Shown here one piece after another: positions 49,731 to 61,057 of a stretch of DNA of 64,000 bases. The stretch is from Mustelus asterias (taxonomy: Eukaryota). The stretch covers positions 50,530,001 to 50,594,000 of the forward strand of contig NC_135808.1 of NCBI RefSeq assembly GCF_964213995.1, given 5' to 3'. Both the position numbers and the translations under genes were made by a program. Position 1 is the stretch's first letter, and each line of letters opens with the position of its first letter. Under the pieces are notes generated by a model. It was not told where the DNA came from. It worked only from the letters and a program-made list of their open reading frames with translations, and searched no databases.

Positions 49731-50860
49731 TAAAAAGTTCTACATTACACAATGTCCCATTCTGTGTGTTGAACTCTGGAACCTGTCGGCAGGATATTTG
49801 ACTGCAGGAGCCTTCACCAGTGTCCAATTCTCACCCCAACTGAAATCCACACAGAACCTGAATTTATATAGCACCTTAGTGTACAACACAGCCCAAGATG
49901 TTTCACAGAGCTGCAGTAAGGAATAGGGGTGGGAGGGGGTGGGGGTGGAGGAACGTTAAGAGGAGAGATTGAAGACTTGGGTGAAAGGATAGAGTTTGAT
50001 GGGGAGAGAGACATGGAGAGGGGGAGGGATTAGGGATGGGAGGTCAGAGAGTAGGGCCTGGGCGTCTGAAGGCTCTGCTGTCAATGGTGGGATGAAGGAA
50101 GCAGCGATGGGCAGGAGAACAGAGTTAGAAGATGGAAGGTGAGGGAGGGAATGTGAGTCTGCAGAGGTAGGGAGGAGTGAGGCCATGGATGGAATTGGAG
50201 GGCAGTGAGGTCAGGGGTAACAGGAGAGATTAAGTTAGTTAGGATTATATTCACTGAAGTTTGAGGATAAAGGGTAAACCTTTTAGAACTGAGGTGAGGA
50301 GAAATATCTTCACCCAGAGGGTGGAGAATGTGTGGAATTCACTTTGACAGAATGGGGTTGAGGCCAAAACTTTGTCTGATTTCAAGAAGAAATTAGATAT
50401 AGCTCTTGGGACGAAAGGGATCAAGGGATATGAGAGGAAGGGGGCGGATCAGGATATTAAATTCGATGATCAGCCATGATCAAAATGAATGGTAAAGAAG
50501 GCTTGAAGGGCCGAATGGCCTACTCTTGCTTCAAGATTCTATATTCCTATGTCACTGAGGTCAAGGGTAACATGTCAGTGAGGTCAGGGGTGATGGGTCA
50601 GTGAGGTCAGAGGTAGTGTTGGAACGACACTTGGTGTGAGACAGGGTCCGGACTCACTGCGTTTGGGACAAGTTCGGGTTTATGGAGTGTGGATGAAGGG
50701 AGCCGGGAGAGGATATCGGAATAATAGAGTTAGGAGGAGTGAGAAGCAGGGATAAGAGTCTCTGCGCTCATGGGGCTGATGTAGTGTAGAGACGGACAAT
50801 GTTGTAGAGATGGAAATAAGAGGCCTACATGATGGAGAGGATGTGAAGTTTGAAGCTCAG

Positions 50861-51186
50861 CTACTGGAGGCTCCAGTGGGAAGGAGGCCCATGTCTACTG
50901 GTCCCTATTGGAGGCTCCAGTGGGGAGGAAGCCCATGTTTACTGGTCCCTATTGGAGGGTTCAGTGGGAAGGAGGCCCATGTTTACTGGTCCCTATTGGA
51001 TGCTCCAGTGGGAAGGAGGCCCATGTTTACTGGTCCCTATTGGAGGGTTCAGTGGGGAGGAAGCCCATGTTTACTGGTCCCTATTGGAGGGTTCAGTGGG
51101 GAGGAAGCCCATGTTTACTGGTCCCTATTGGAGGGTTCAGTGGGGAGGAAGCCCACGTTTACTGGTCCCTATTGGAGGCTCCAGTA
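50861..51186. repeat. 44-45-bp minisatellite, ~7 units (mirror of 25993-26312)
   Basis: CCCATGTTTACTGGTCCCTATTGGAGG units. Confidence 0.95.
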
Positions 51187-52504
51187 GGACATGGACACCA
51201 TGGTCGATGTGGAGCAGTTTCTTTATGTTATAAATGTGTGATTGTTCACTTTTGAGGAATTCACAAAGTGGATGAAGGGAACTTGTAGATGTGATATTTA
51301 GGGAATTCCAAAAGGTATTTGATAAATTTCCACATCAAATCTTGCTACACAAGATACAAGCTGATGGTGTGTGGGTAACATATTAGCATTAATAGAGGAT
51401 TGGTTAGCGAACAGAGACCAGAGAGAGGGGTAAATGATTGTTTTGGGGTTGGGAAGCTGTAATTAGTGGAGTTCTGGAACAATCAGTGCTGGGACCACAA
51501 CTATTCACAATCCAGATCAATGACTTGGATGAAGGGAGTGAATGGAGCTGATGTACCAATGACAGCAGCATGGTCAGTGCAGGCTTAGAGGGTCGAAGGG
51601 CCTGTTCCTGTGCTGTAATTTTCTTTGTTTTTTGACACTAAGATAGTTGGGGAAAGTAAGTTATCAAGAGGAGATAGAGAGTCTGCAAACAGATGGAAAC
51701 AAGGGAAGTGAGTGGCTAAACATTTGGAATATAACTGCGTAAATGTGAAGGTGTCCACTTTGGCAGGAAGAATAGAACAGCAGTAAACTATTGGGATGGA
51801 GAGAGATTGCACAACTCGGTGCTACAGAGGGATCTGGCTGTCCTGGGACATGAATCACAACAAGTTAGTCTGCAGCTACAGCGAGTGATTAGGAAGACAA
51901 ATGGAATGTTGGTGTTTATTACAAGGAGAATGGAATATAAAAATAGGGAAGTTTTACTGCAGCTGTACAGTGTCTCGGTGAGACCACATCTGGAATACTG
52001 TACATTTTGGTCTCCTTATTTGGAAAAGGATATCATTGTGTTCGAAGCAGTTCAGAGAAGATTCACCCGACACATTCCTGGGGTGAGGGGTTATCTTATG
52101 AAGAAAAGTTGGACAGGCTGGGCCTGAACCCATTGGAGTTTAGAAGAATGAGAGGTGATCTTATTGAAACATATCAGGTTGTGAGGGGACTGACAGAGTG
52201 GATACCAGGAGGGTGGTGCCTCTTCTGGGGCAGAGTGAGATGAGTGGACAGATGGATAGAAGTGCTGGAGAGAAAGTGATGGAGAAGGAGAGCTGAACTG
52301 AGGAAGAGAGAGGGAGAGAATGATAAGAGAGAAAGAATGAGTGAAGGAGAGGGCAAAGAAGGAGAATAAGACAGGAACAACAAGAGAGAGAGACCGAGAG
52401 AGGGGGAACAGAGAGAGGGGGAACAGAGAAGGGTGAATAGAGAGAGCGGGAGCAGAGACTGAGGGACAGAGACTGAGGGACAGAGACTGAGGGAGGGAGA
52501 GAGA

Positions 52505-52610
52505 AGAAGAGGAAGTGAAAGGTGCTGACGTGGTTTCTCTGGGTCAGACCATTTACAAACTGAGGAACAGGCAGTGAGACTCTGACAGGCTGCAGCTTTA
52601 TAAAGCAGAG
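52505..52610 (+). promoter_or_regulatory. V promoter of cluster 2
   Basis: EICE 52511-52520, TGACGT 52526-52531, TATAAA 52599-52604; appears identical to cluster 1. Confidence 0.75.
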
Positions 52611-52664
52611 CCCAGTGAAGGGAGAGTTTATCAGTAACCAGGCACAGGGACACGACCACACACC

Positions 52665-52713
52665 ATGATTTCAGCCATCCAGCTGCTCTGGCCTCTGGCA
52701 TTCTGCATCGCAG
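52665..52713 (+). CDS. IGKV: Leader exon L2 (MISAIQLLWPLAFCIA-G), intact
   Basis: Identical to L1; G|gtac donor. Confidence 0.9.
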
Positions 52714-52846
52714 GTACAAATCTCTCTCCTTCCACCTTGAATATTTTCCTGCTCTCCATTTCAATCCAATTCTCCTGACTTGTGATTGAAGGGAAAATGC
52801 TGAAAGGAGAGGAACAGTCAGTGTCTCCAACAATATCTCATTGTAC

Positions 52847-53686
52847 CACCTCCTGTACTGACACATCCCACAGTTTTATATAATATATAATAATGGACAC
52901 ACAGTCCCACCTCCTGTACTGACACATCCCACAGTTTTATATAATATATAATAATGAACACACAGTCCCACCTCCTGTACTGACACATCCCACAGTTTTA
53001 TATAATATATAATAATGGACACACAGTCCCACCTCCTGTACTGACACATCCCACAGTTTTATATAATATATAATAATGGACACACAGTCCCACCTCCTGT
53101 ACTGACACATCCCACAGTTTTATATAATATATAATAATGGACACACAGTCCCACCTCCTGTACTGACACATCCCACAGTTTTATATAATATATAATAATG
53201 GACACACAGTCCCACCTCCTGTACTGACACATCCCACAGTTTTATATAATATATAATAATGGACACACAGTCCCACCTCCTGTACTGACACATCCCACAG
53301 TTTTATATTATATATAATAATGGACACACAGTCCCACCTCCTGTACTGACACATCCCACAGTTTTATATAATATATAATAATGGACACACAGCACCACCT
53401 CCTGTACTGACACATCCCACAGTTTTATATAATATATAATAATGGACACACAGCACCACCTCCTGTACTGACACATCCCACAGTTTTATATAATATATAA
53501 TAATGGACACACAGTCCCACCTCCTGTACTGACACATCCCACAGTTTTATATAATATATAATAATGGACACACAGTCCCACCTCCTGTACTGACACATCC
53601 CACAGTTTTATATAATATATAATAATGGACACACAGTCCCACCTCCTGTACTGACACATCCCACAGTTTTATATAATATATAATAA
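52847..53686. repeat. 61-bp minisatellite, 14 units, occupying the V position
   Basis: CACCTCCTG every 61 bp from 52847 to 53640; joined directly to the leader intron at ttgtac|cacctcc. Confidence 0.95.
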
Positions 53687-53863
53687 AGACAAGAAAGGAA
53701 ACTGGACAAATTATTTGCACTGTCCACTACACACTCCAGTCCCTGTGGTGTCCACCGCTCGCTGAAGGCCTCGAGTTTCCCTCTTACTCTCCATGTCCAC
53801 ATATGAAGAGCAGCTGAAAGATTTATCATCTCAAATTAGAATTCTCAACTCTCCCGACAAAAC

Positions 53864-53993
53864 NNNNNNNNNNNNNNNNNNNNNNNNNNNNNNNNNNNNN
53901 NNNNNNNNNNNNNNNNNNNNNNNNNNNNNNNNNNNNNNNNNNNNNNNNNNNNNNNNNNNNNNNNNNNNNNNNNNNNNNNNNNNNNNNNNNNNN
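53864..53993. other. Assembly gap, 130 N
   Basis: N run; flanks map to the ~140-bp CT tract at 22283-22422. Confidence 0.99.
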
Positions 53994-54030
53994 TTTTTGT
54001 ACAGCTCCTGCACTGGAAGCTGTCAGTGTG
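53992..54030 (+). promoter_or_regulatory. 23-RSS of J2 (first two nonamer bases fall in the gap)
   Basis: nnTTTTTGT - 23 bp - CAGTGTG; visible bases identical to the J1 RSS. Confidence 0.9.
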
Positions 54031-54065
54031 CCTTACGTTCGGTAAAGGAACCAAACTCAGACTGA
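54031..54065 (+). CDS. IGKJ: Ig kappa-type J segment J2 (LTFGKGTKLRL)
   Basis: Identical to J1; A|gtaagt donor. Confidence 0.96.
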
Positions 54066-55369
54066 GTAAGTAAAGCCCAATCCTCCGTTATTAACCCTTT
54101 CAATGCTGAAACTTTCTCAAACCCAAATGCTGAATAGTTGAAGGTGTTGGTGAGGAAGCTGCAGTCAATGAAATGGTTGATTGAAGAACATTGTGTGGAA
54201 CAGGGAGCCCAGCTGTATTTCTTTCCTTCCATTCCCCCCTTTAAGCAGCAAGATATAAGTAAGCAGCTTTTACCCACCGTGTGGAGGAGATCTGGACCTT
54301 TGCAGACTGTGCTCACATTCCTGCAGCATGGAGTGAAATCACTCTCTAGACTCCTGTCAGTCTCAGTGTGACACACACAGGCAGAGTTTGATGTGAAGTC
54401 GGACTCCCTGTCACACTCTCTGGTATAACTGATCACAGCACCAGCACAGTGAGACACCGAGGTGCCACCTCCCCCAGCTTTCACTCTGCTCTCTCCACTC
54501 CCTGCTTATCTCTTGCTAAAGTTCTGATGACAAACAGCTACAGCAGGGCCCACAATCCAGTGGCTTCAGTGTTCCAGGCTTTTGGGGAGACTCTCAGTTA
54601 CTTTCTCTTTGGGACGAGTTCAGTCCGATATTTATCCCGGATCCAACATCACTGAAAATGCTGATTGTTCTCATTGCTGTGTGTGGGATCTTGCTGTGTA
54701 CACGTTGTGACCAATCCTCAGACAAGGTCCCTCATTTGTTAACTTCCTGAACCCGATCCCAATTTTGTTTTGCTCCTGGGTGAGGAGTAATCAGCTGGAT
54801 CCCTGACTTTATTCAACCCCGCCCTCGATTGGTCACAACAAGGTTCATTTAAAATGGATCCCTTCACCCGTGGAAACCTTACACAGTCCACGTAATCCTT
54901 TATTCGCCTTTGAATCTCTACAGTGCAGAAGGAGGCTGTTCAGTCCATCGAATCTGTACCAACTCTCTGAAAGAGCTTCTTACCCAGGCTCCCCACCCTA
55001 TCCCTGTAACCCTGCACATTTACCATTGCTAATCCACCTAAAGAACACACTCGGGGCATTTTAGCATGGCCAATCCATCTAACCTGTATTGAATTTTGGG
55101 AGGAAACTGGAGCACTCGGAGGAAACCTACACAGACATCAGGTTAACATGCAAACTCTGCACAGGCAGTGACCCGAGGCCTGAATTGAACCCAGGTCCCT
55201 GGCTGTGAGGCGGCAGTGCTAATCACTGTGTCAACATGCCGCCCCTCTTTTAATTTTTTAGAAGGAATTATTTTAACCAGGTTTTCTTGAATACGTTTAT
55301 TAGTTACTAAATACCTGAGAAAATAAGAAACATGTGAAACGCACACACTCTCGCACTGACTAGAAATGA

Positions 55370-58300
55370 AAAGTATGAGGAGAGGTTGACTAGGTTAGGA
55401 TTGTTTTCGCTGGAGTTCAGACGAATGAGGGGGTATCTCATAGAGACTTATAAAATTCTAGCGGGATGAGACAGGATAGCTACAGGGAGGATGTTCCCGA
55501 TGTTGGAGAGTCCAGAACCAGTCGCAGTCTGAGGATTCAGGCTAGACCATTTAGGATGGAGGTGAGGAGACATTTCTTCACCCAAAAAGTGGTGAGCCTG
55601 TGGAATTCATTGCCACAGGAAGCAGTTGATGCCAAAACATTGAATGTATTCAGGAGGCGGCTGGATATAGCACTTGGGGTGAATGGGATCTAAAGTTATG
55701 GGGAAAAGGCAGAATTAGGCTATTGAGTTGGATGATCAGCCATAATCGTAATGAATAGTGGAGCAGGCTCAAAGGGCCAAATGGCCTCCTCCTGCTCCTA
55801 TCTTCTATGTTTCTGTGTCTATGTTTCTACGTTTTCATAATTCTGTCTTGCTGCAGTGAAACAGGGCCTTGGTGAGGCCACACTGGGAATATTGTGCACA
55901 GTTTTGTTCTCCTTATCTGAGGAAGGATGTTCGTGCTCTACATGGAGTGCAGACCAGGTTTACCAGACTGATTCCTGCGATAGTGGGACTGACGTATGAG
56001 GAGAGATTGAATTAGTTAAAGTTTATATTCACTGGAGTTCAGAAGAATGAGGGGGGAACTCAGAGAAACCTATAAAGCTCTAAAAGGTTCGGGGGATTAG
56101 TGAGGTAAATACATGGGGTTATGGGGTAAGAGTCGATGCAGACTCGATTGACCAAATGGACTCCGCCTGCACTTTAGGGATTCTATTGTCCATGTCTGTG
56201 CCGGCCACCAAGCACCTATCTATTCCAATCCCATTTTCCAGCCCTTGGTCCGTTGCCTTGTTTGCTTTGGAATTTATCTAAATGCATCTTAAATGTTGTG
56301 AGGGTTCCCACCTCCACCACCCTTTCAGGCAGTGAGTTCCAGATTCCCAACACCCTTTGGGTGAAAAGATTTCCCTCAAGACTCTCAAAATCTGCTGCCT
56401 CTATAATTAAGGGAAATGGTTCCTCGTATCTGTCTTGCTGCAGTTATAGTAAGATGTCGATATGCGCGATCTCCTTGGAGATTCTCTCCACTTGGAGCCC
56501 CAGTTGCGGTGTCGATGGTAGCCATGATATGGAGATGCCAGCGTTGGACTGGGGTGTCCAATGCCGGCATCGCCACATCATCGCTGCAGTTATCCAGGGC
56601 CTTGGTGAGGCCACACTGGGAATATTGTTTGCAGTTTTGGTCTCCTTATTTGAGGAAGGATGTTTTTGCAACGGAGGGAGCACAGCAAAGGTTTACCAGA
56701 CTGATTCCCGGGATAATGGACTGATGTAGGAGGAGAGATTGTTTTGGTTAAGATCATATTTGCTGCAGTTCAGAAGGATGAGGGGAATCACATAGAAACC
56801 TATAAAATTGTAACAGGACTAGACATGGTAGTTGCAGGAAGGATGTTCCCAATGGTGGGATTGTCCGTGGTGGGTTCCGTGGTGGGTTCCAGGGGTCACA
56901 GTCTGAGGATACGGAGTAAACCTTTTAGGACTGAGGTGAGGAGAAATTCCTTCACCCAGAGAGGCGTAAACCTGTGGAATTCACTACCACAGAAAGCAGT
57001 TGAGGCTAAAATATTGTATGTTTTCAAGAAGGAGTTAGATTTAGGTCTTGGGGTGAATGGGATCAAAGGATTTAGAGGTAAAGCAGGATCTGGATACTGA
57101 TTGGATAATCAGCCATGATCATGGTGAATAATGGGGCAGGCATGAAGGGCTGAGTGGCCTCCTCCATCTCCTATTTTCTGTGATTCTATGCAGACCAGCA
57201 TTTATTACCCATCCCTAATTGCCCTGGTGAAGATGGTGCTGAGGTGGTGGAATAAGTTCTACTCCAATGAGTATTGGCCCAACCTGCTCAAGCTTTCCTC
57301 ATAAGACAATCCATTACTCAGTGGAATCAGCCTCGTGAATCTTCTCTGAACTCTTTCCAATGCTACTATATCCTTACTTGGGAATGGAGACCAAAAGTGT
57401 CCACAATATTCCAGGTGTGATCTTCCCAACGTGCTGTACAGCTGGAGTAAGACATCCCTATTTCTATACTCATCCTCATTGGAATGAAGAACAACATTCC
57501 ATTTGCCTTCCTAATTTTTTGCTGTTCCTGGATGCAAAGACACACAGATCACTCGATAGAATCTCTCCAGTTTACTAGTATTCTGCTCTATCCTCTTGCC
57601 AAAGTGGACAACCTCACAATTTCCCACATTATACTCCATCAGTCAATGTTTTCCCACTCACTGAATCTACCTCTATCCCTTTTCAGACTCTGTATTCACC
57701 TCACAACTTGCTTTCCTACTAATCATTTTACCATCAGCAAATTTAGCGACAATCCTCTCATTCCCTTCATCCAGCTCATTAATATAGATTGTAGAGTTAA
57801 ACCCCAAACAACAACCATCTTCCTATGTGCTGGGTATAACTCCAGCCAGCACAGAGTTTTCCCCCCTGATTCCCATTGACTCCAGTTTTGCATGGACTCC
57901 TTGATGCCACACTTGGTCAAATCCTGCCTTGATGTCAAGGGCAGTCACTCTCACCTCACCTTTGGAGTTCAGCTCTTTTGTCCACGTTTGAACCATCTGG
58001 GAAAAAGCTTCCCACCGTTCACCCTATCTGTGCCTTTCATAATTTTATACACCTCTATTAGGTCACCCCTCATCCTCCGTCTTTCCAGTGAGAACAACCC
58101 CAGTTTACCCAATCTCTCCTCATAACTAAGCCCTTCCATACCAGGCAACATCCTGGTAAACCTCCTCTGCACTCTCTCTAAAGCCTCCATGTCCTTCTGG
58201 TAGTGTGTGGTGACCAGAACTGGGCGCAGTATTACAAATGCGGCCAAACCAACATTCTATACAACTGCAACATCAGATCCCAACTTTTATACTCTATGCC

Positions 58301-59250
58301 CCGTCCTATAAAGGCAAGCATGCCATATGCCTTATTCACTACCTTCTCCACCTGTGACGTCACCTTCTAGGATCTGTGGACTTGCACACCCAGGTCCCTC
58401 TGCATATCTACACCCTTTATGGTTCTGCCATTTATCATATAGCTCCCCCCTACGTTAGTTCTACCAAAATGCATCACTTCGCATTTATCTGGATTGAACT
58501 CCATCTGCCATTTCTTTGCCCAAATTTCCAGCCTATCTATATCCTTCTGTAGCCTCTGACAATGTTCCTCACTATCTGCAAGTCCAGCCATTTTCGTGTC
58601 GTCCGCAAACTTACTGATCACCCCAGTTACACCTTCTTCCAGATCATTTATATCAATCACAAACAGCAGTAACAGCAATAACATTGTGAATAATCAAGAT
58701 TAGACTGATGGGATGGTTATTGTGTGGATTGGATTTGTCCTGTTTGATGTGGACAATTCATAACCAGGCAATTTTCCACATTGCCGGGTTGATGCCAGTG
58801 TTGTACCTGCACTGGAACAGCTTGGCTCGGGGCATGGAATGTTCTGGAGCACTAGTCTGCAGGACTTCCGGAGGAGGTCGAGCTGGATCATCTACTCGGC
58901 ACTTCCGGCTAAAGATTACTGTGAATGCTTCAACCTTATCTTTTGTACTGATGGGCTGGGCTCCTCCATCATTGAGGATGGGGATATTTGTGTTGCCTCC
59001 TCCTCCAGTGAGTTGTTTAATTGTCCACCACCATTCACTGGATATGGCAGGACTGCAGAGCTTTGATCTGATCCATTGGTTGTGGGATGGTTTAGCTCTG
59101 TCTATCACTTGCTGCTTCTGCTGTTTGACACACAGTCCTGTGTTGTAGCTTCACCAGGTTAACACCTCATTTTTCAGTATGTCTGCTGTTGCTCCTGCCA
59201 TGTCCTCCTGCACTCTTCATTGAACTGAAAGCAGCAGAGAATCCACAGAA
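55370..59250. mobile_element. Stacked CR1 and other LINE fragments in the J2-C2 intron, including a right-arm-specific young CR1 at ~57996-58670
   Basis: KFADDTK, FNPDKCEVMHFG and FTQKVVSLWNSLP motifs. Confidence 0.8.
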
Positions 59251-60728
59251 ACGGAATGATGCTTCAAATCCCACTCCTGAGATGGTGGTGGCAGATGCTA
59301 TACAAATGTATTTCTGTCTTCGAGCTTGTGGATTCCTGATCCTTGCCCATTGTCCACACACTCGCAGCCTCCAGGGTTCATGGGGGCTTTTGGAACAGTG
59401 ACCCTGACTGATCCCCGGACACTGGGACTAATTCTAGCCTCACCCTTAAACTCAGCCAAGTGCTGTGCGGTAAGGTTTGCAATGAAATCTAGAAGCTTCT
59501 ACACTGACAGCCAATCAGAATCCTGTGTGAACTGTGTTGATCCAAGTCTGCTGCAATGTTCTGGGATAAAGTTCTCCTGATCTGTGTGTGATCTGTGGTT
59601 TGTTGATGCTCAACCTGTTTCCCCCAGACAGACTGAACAATAGTTCCAGCTTCCTGACTGGTTAACAGTCTCTTAAAGGGACACTGTGTCTTTAAATACT
59701 CTCACTATTAACCATTTCAGTGCTGAATTTGTAGTAACCTTCTTTACAAATGTTTCAGTAACATTGCAAAATGATTCAACCAGCTTCAAATCAAACCTTT
59801 ACCCCCAGACACTGAACTACTTTGAAATCCAACTTGTCACTTTCCCTCGGACCCCATCAGCTTTTAATTTTAAACAATGGTACAGCATTATCCGTCCTCC
59901 AGTCCTCCCACACCACACCTGTAGCCAGAGAGGATTGGGAAATAATGGTCAGAGTCTCTGCTTTTTCTTCCCTTGCTTCCCTTCGCATCCTGGGATACAT
60001 TTCACCTGGGCTTGGGAATTTTTCCACTTTCAAAGATGATAAGAACATTAATATCTCCTCCCACACTATCATTATCCCATTAATTATTTCACAATCTCTC
60101 TCCTCCTGAAGTACAATGTCAGCTTTGTCCCTCTCATTTGTGATATCGAATGTAAATTATTCGTTCAGAACCATCTCTGTGCCTTCCCCCTCCACACACA
60201 AGTTACCTTGTTGCTCTCTAATCAGCCCTATTCATTCCTTAGTTATCCTCTTTGCAATGTCCCACGCTATTGCTTTGTTTGAACATATTTGTTCTGAACT
60301 CTATCTCCAGCTCGAATATCCTCCCACTGCTCTGACACTGATTTACCTTCAAGTCGCTGTTTCCGGTTCATTTTGCCAAATTCCAGTTGAGTGAAATTGG
60401 CCTTTCCCCAAGTAAAAACATTTACCCTTGATCGATCTTTCCTCTTTTCCATAGCTACTCGAAATCGTTAACTTTATGATGATCATTATTACCCAAATGT
60501 TCCCCCACTCATACACCTTCCAGCTACCCAGATTTGTTCTCTAAAATTACCCAAAACTGCCCCTTCTCTTGTTGGGATTGTTCCGTACTGGTTAAAAAAT
60601 TTCCCTGGAATAGATTTTCGGAATTGTGCAATGTTGAAACATTGACACTGATTTGATCCCAGTTTATATTCGGGAAGTTGAAATCCCTGAAAATGGCAGT
60701 GATTTAAATTCCTTCTCTTCTCTTTCAG

Positions 60729-61057
60729 CCCGTGAGAATTCACAACCCACGCTGACCCTGCTGCCCCCCTCCCCGGAGGAGGTCAAGACCAAGGGCACTG
60801 CCACCCTGGTGTGCCTTGCCAATCACTTCTATCCCGATGAGGTGGAGGTGAAATGGAAGAAGGACGGTGCAGCCATTTCCAACGGGGTTCAGACCAGCAA
60901 CTACCTGCGAGCTTCAGACAACACCTACAGCGTCAGCAGCCTGCTGACCCTCTCTGGCTCCGACTGGGAGTCCAACGCCCGCTTCTCCTGTGCCCTCACC
61001 CACGTGAGCCTCTCCTCGCCCCTCAGCAAGAGCGTCAGGAGATCAGAATGTGCCTAG
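60729..61057 (+). CDS. IGKC: Ig kappa-type constant exon C2, intact
   Basis: tttcag|CC CGT acceptor; 329 nt; about 4 nt differences from C1 (three silent, one I/V). Confidence 0.96.

Noticed and set aside
52840-52855. Germline RAG-mediated V-J joint or signal joint in cluster 2
   Set aside because: Breakpoints are not at heptamers and the J2 RSS is still in place
52847-53686. CRISPR-like array (also 45763-46426 and 25993-26312)
   Set aside because: Head-to-tail units with no unique spacers, no cas genes, vertebrate DNA
53864-53993. Missing V hidden in the N gap
   Set aside because: The gap is 130 nt and its flanks map to a ~140-bp CT tract downstream of the V position in cluster 1
54364-54451. 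D-like segment between CAGTGTG (54364) and CACAGTG (54445)
   Set aside because: No nonamer at 12 or 23 bp on either side; located downstream of J
54023-54484. 153-aa antisense ORF conserved in both arms (mirror 21792-22253)
   Set aside because: Non-ATG start, no recognisable domain; conservation is explained by near-identity of the duplicated region
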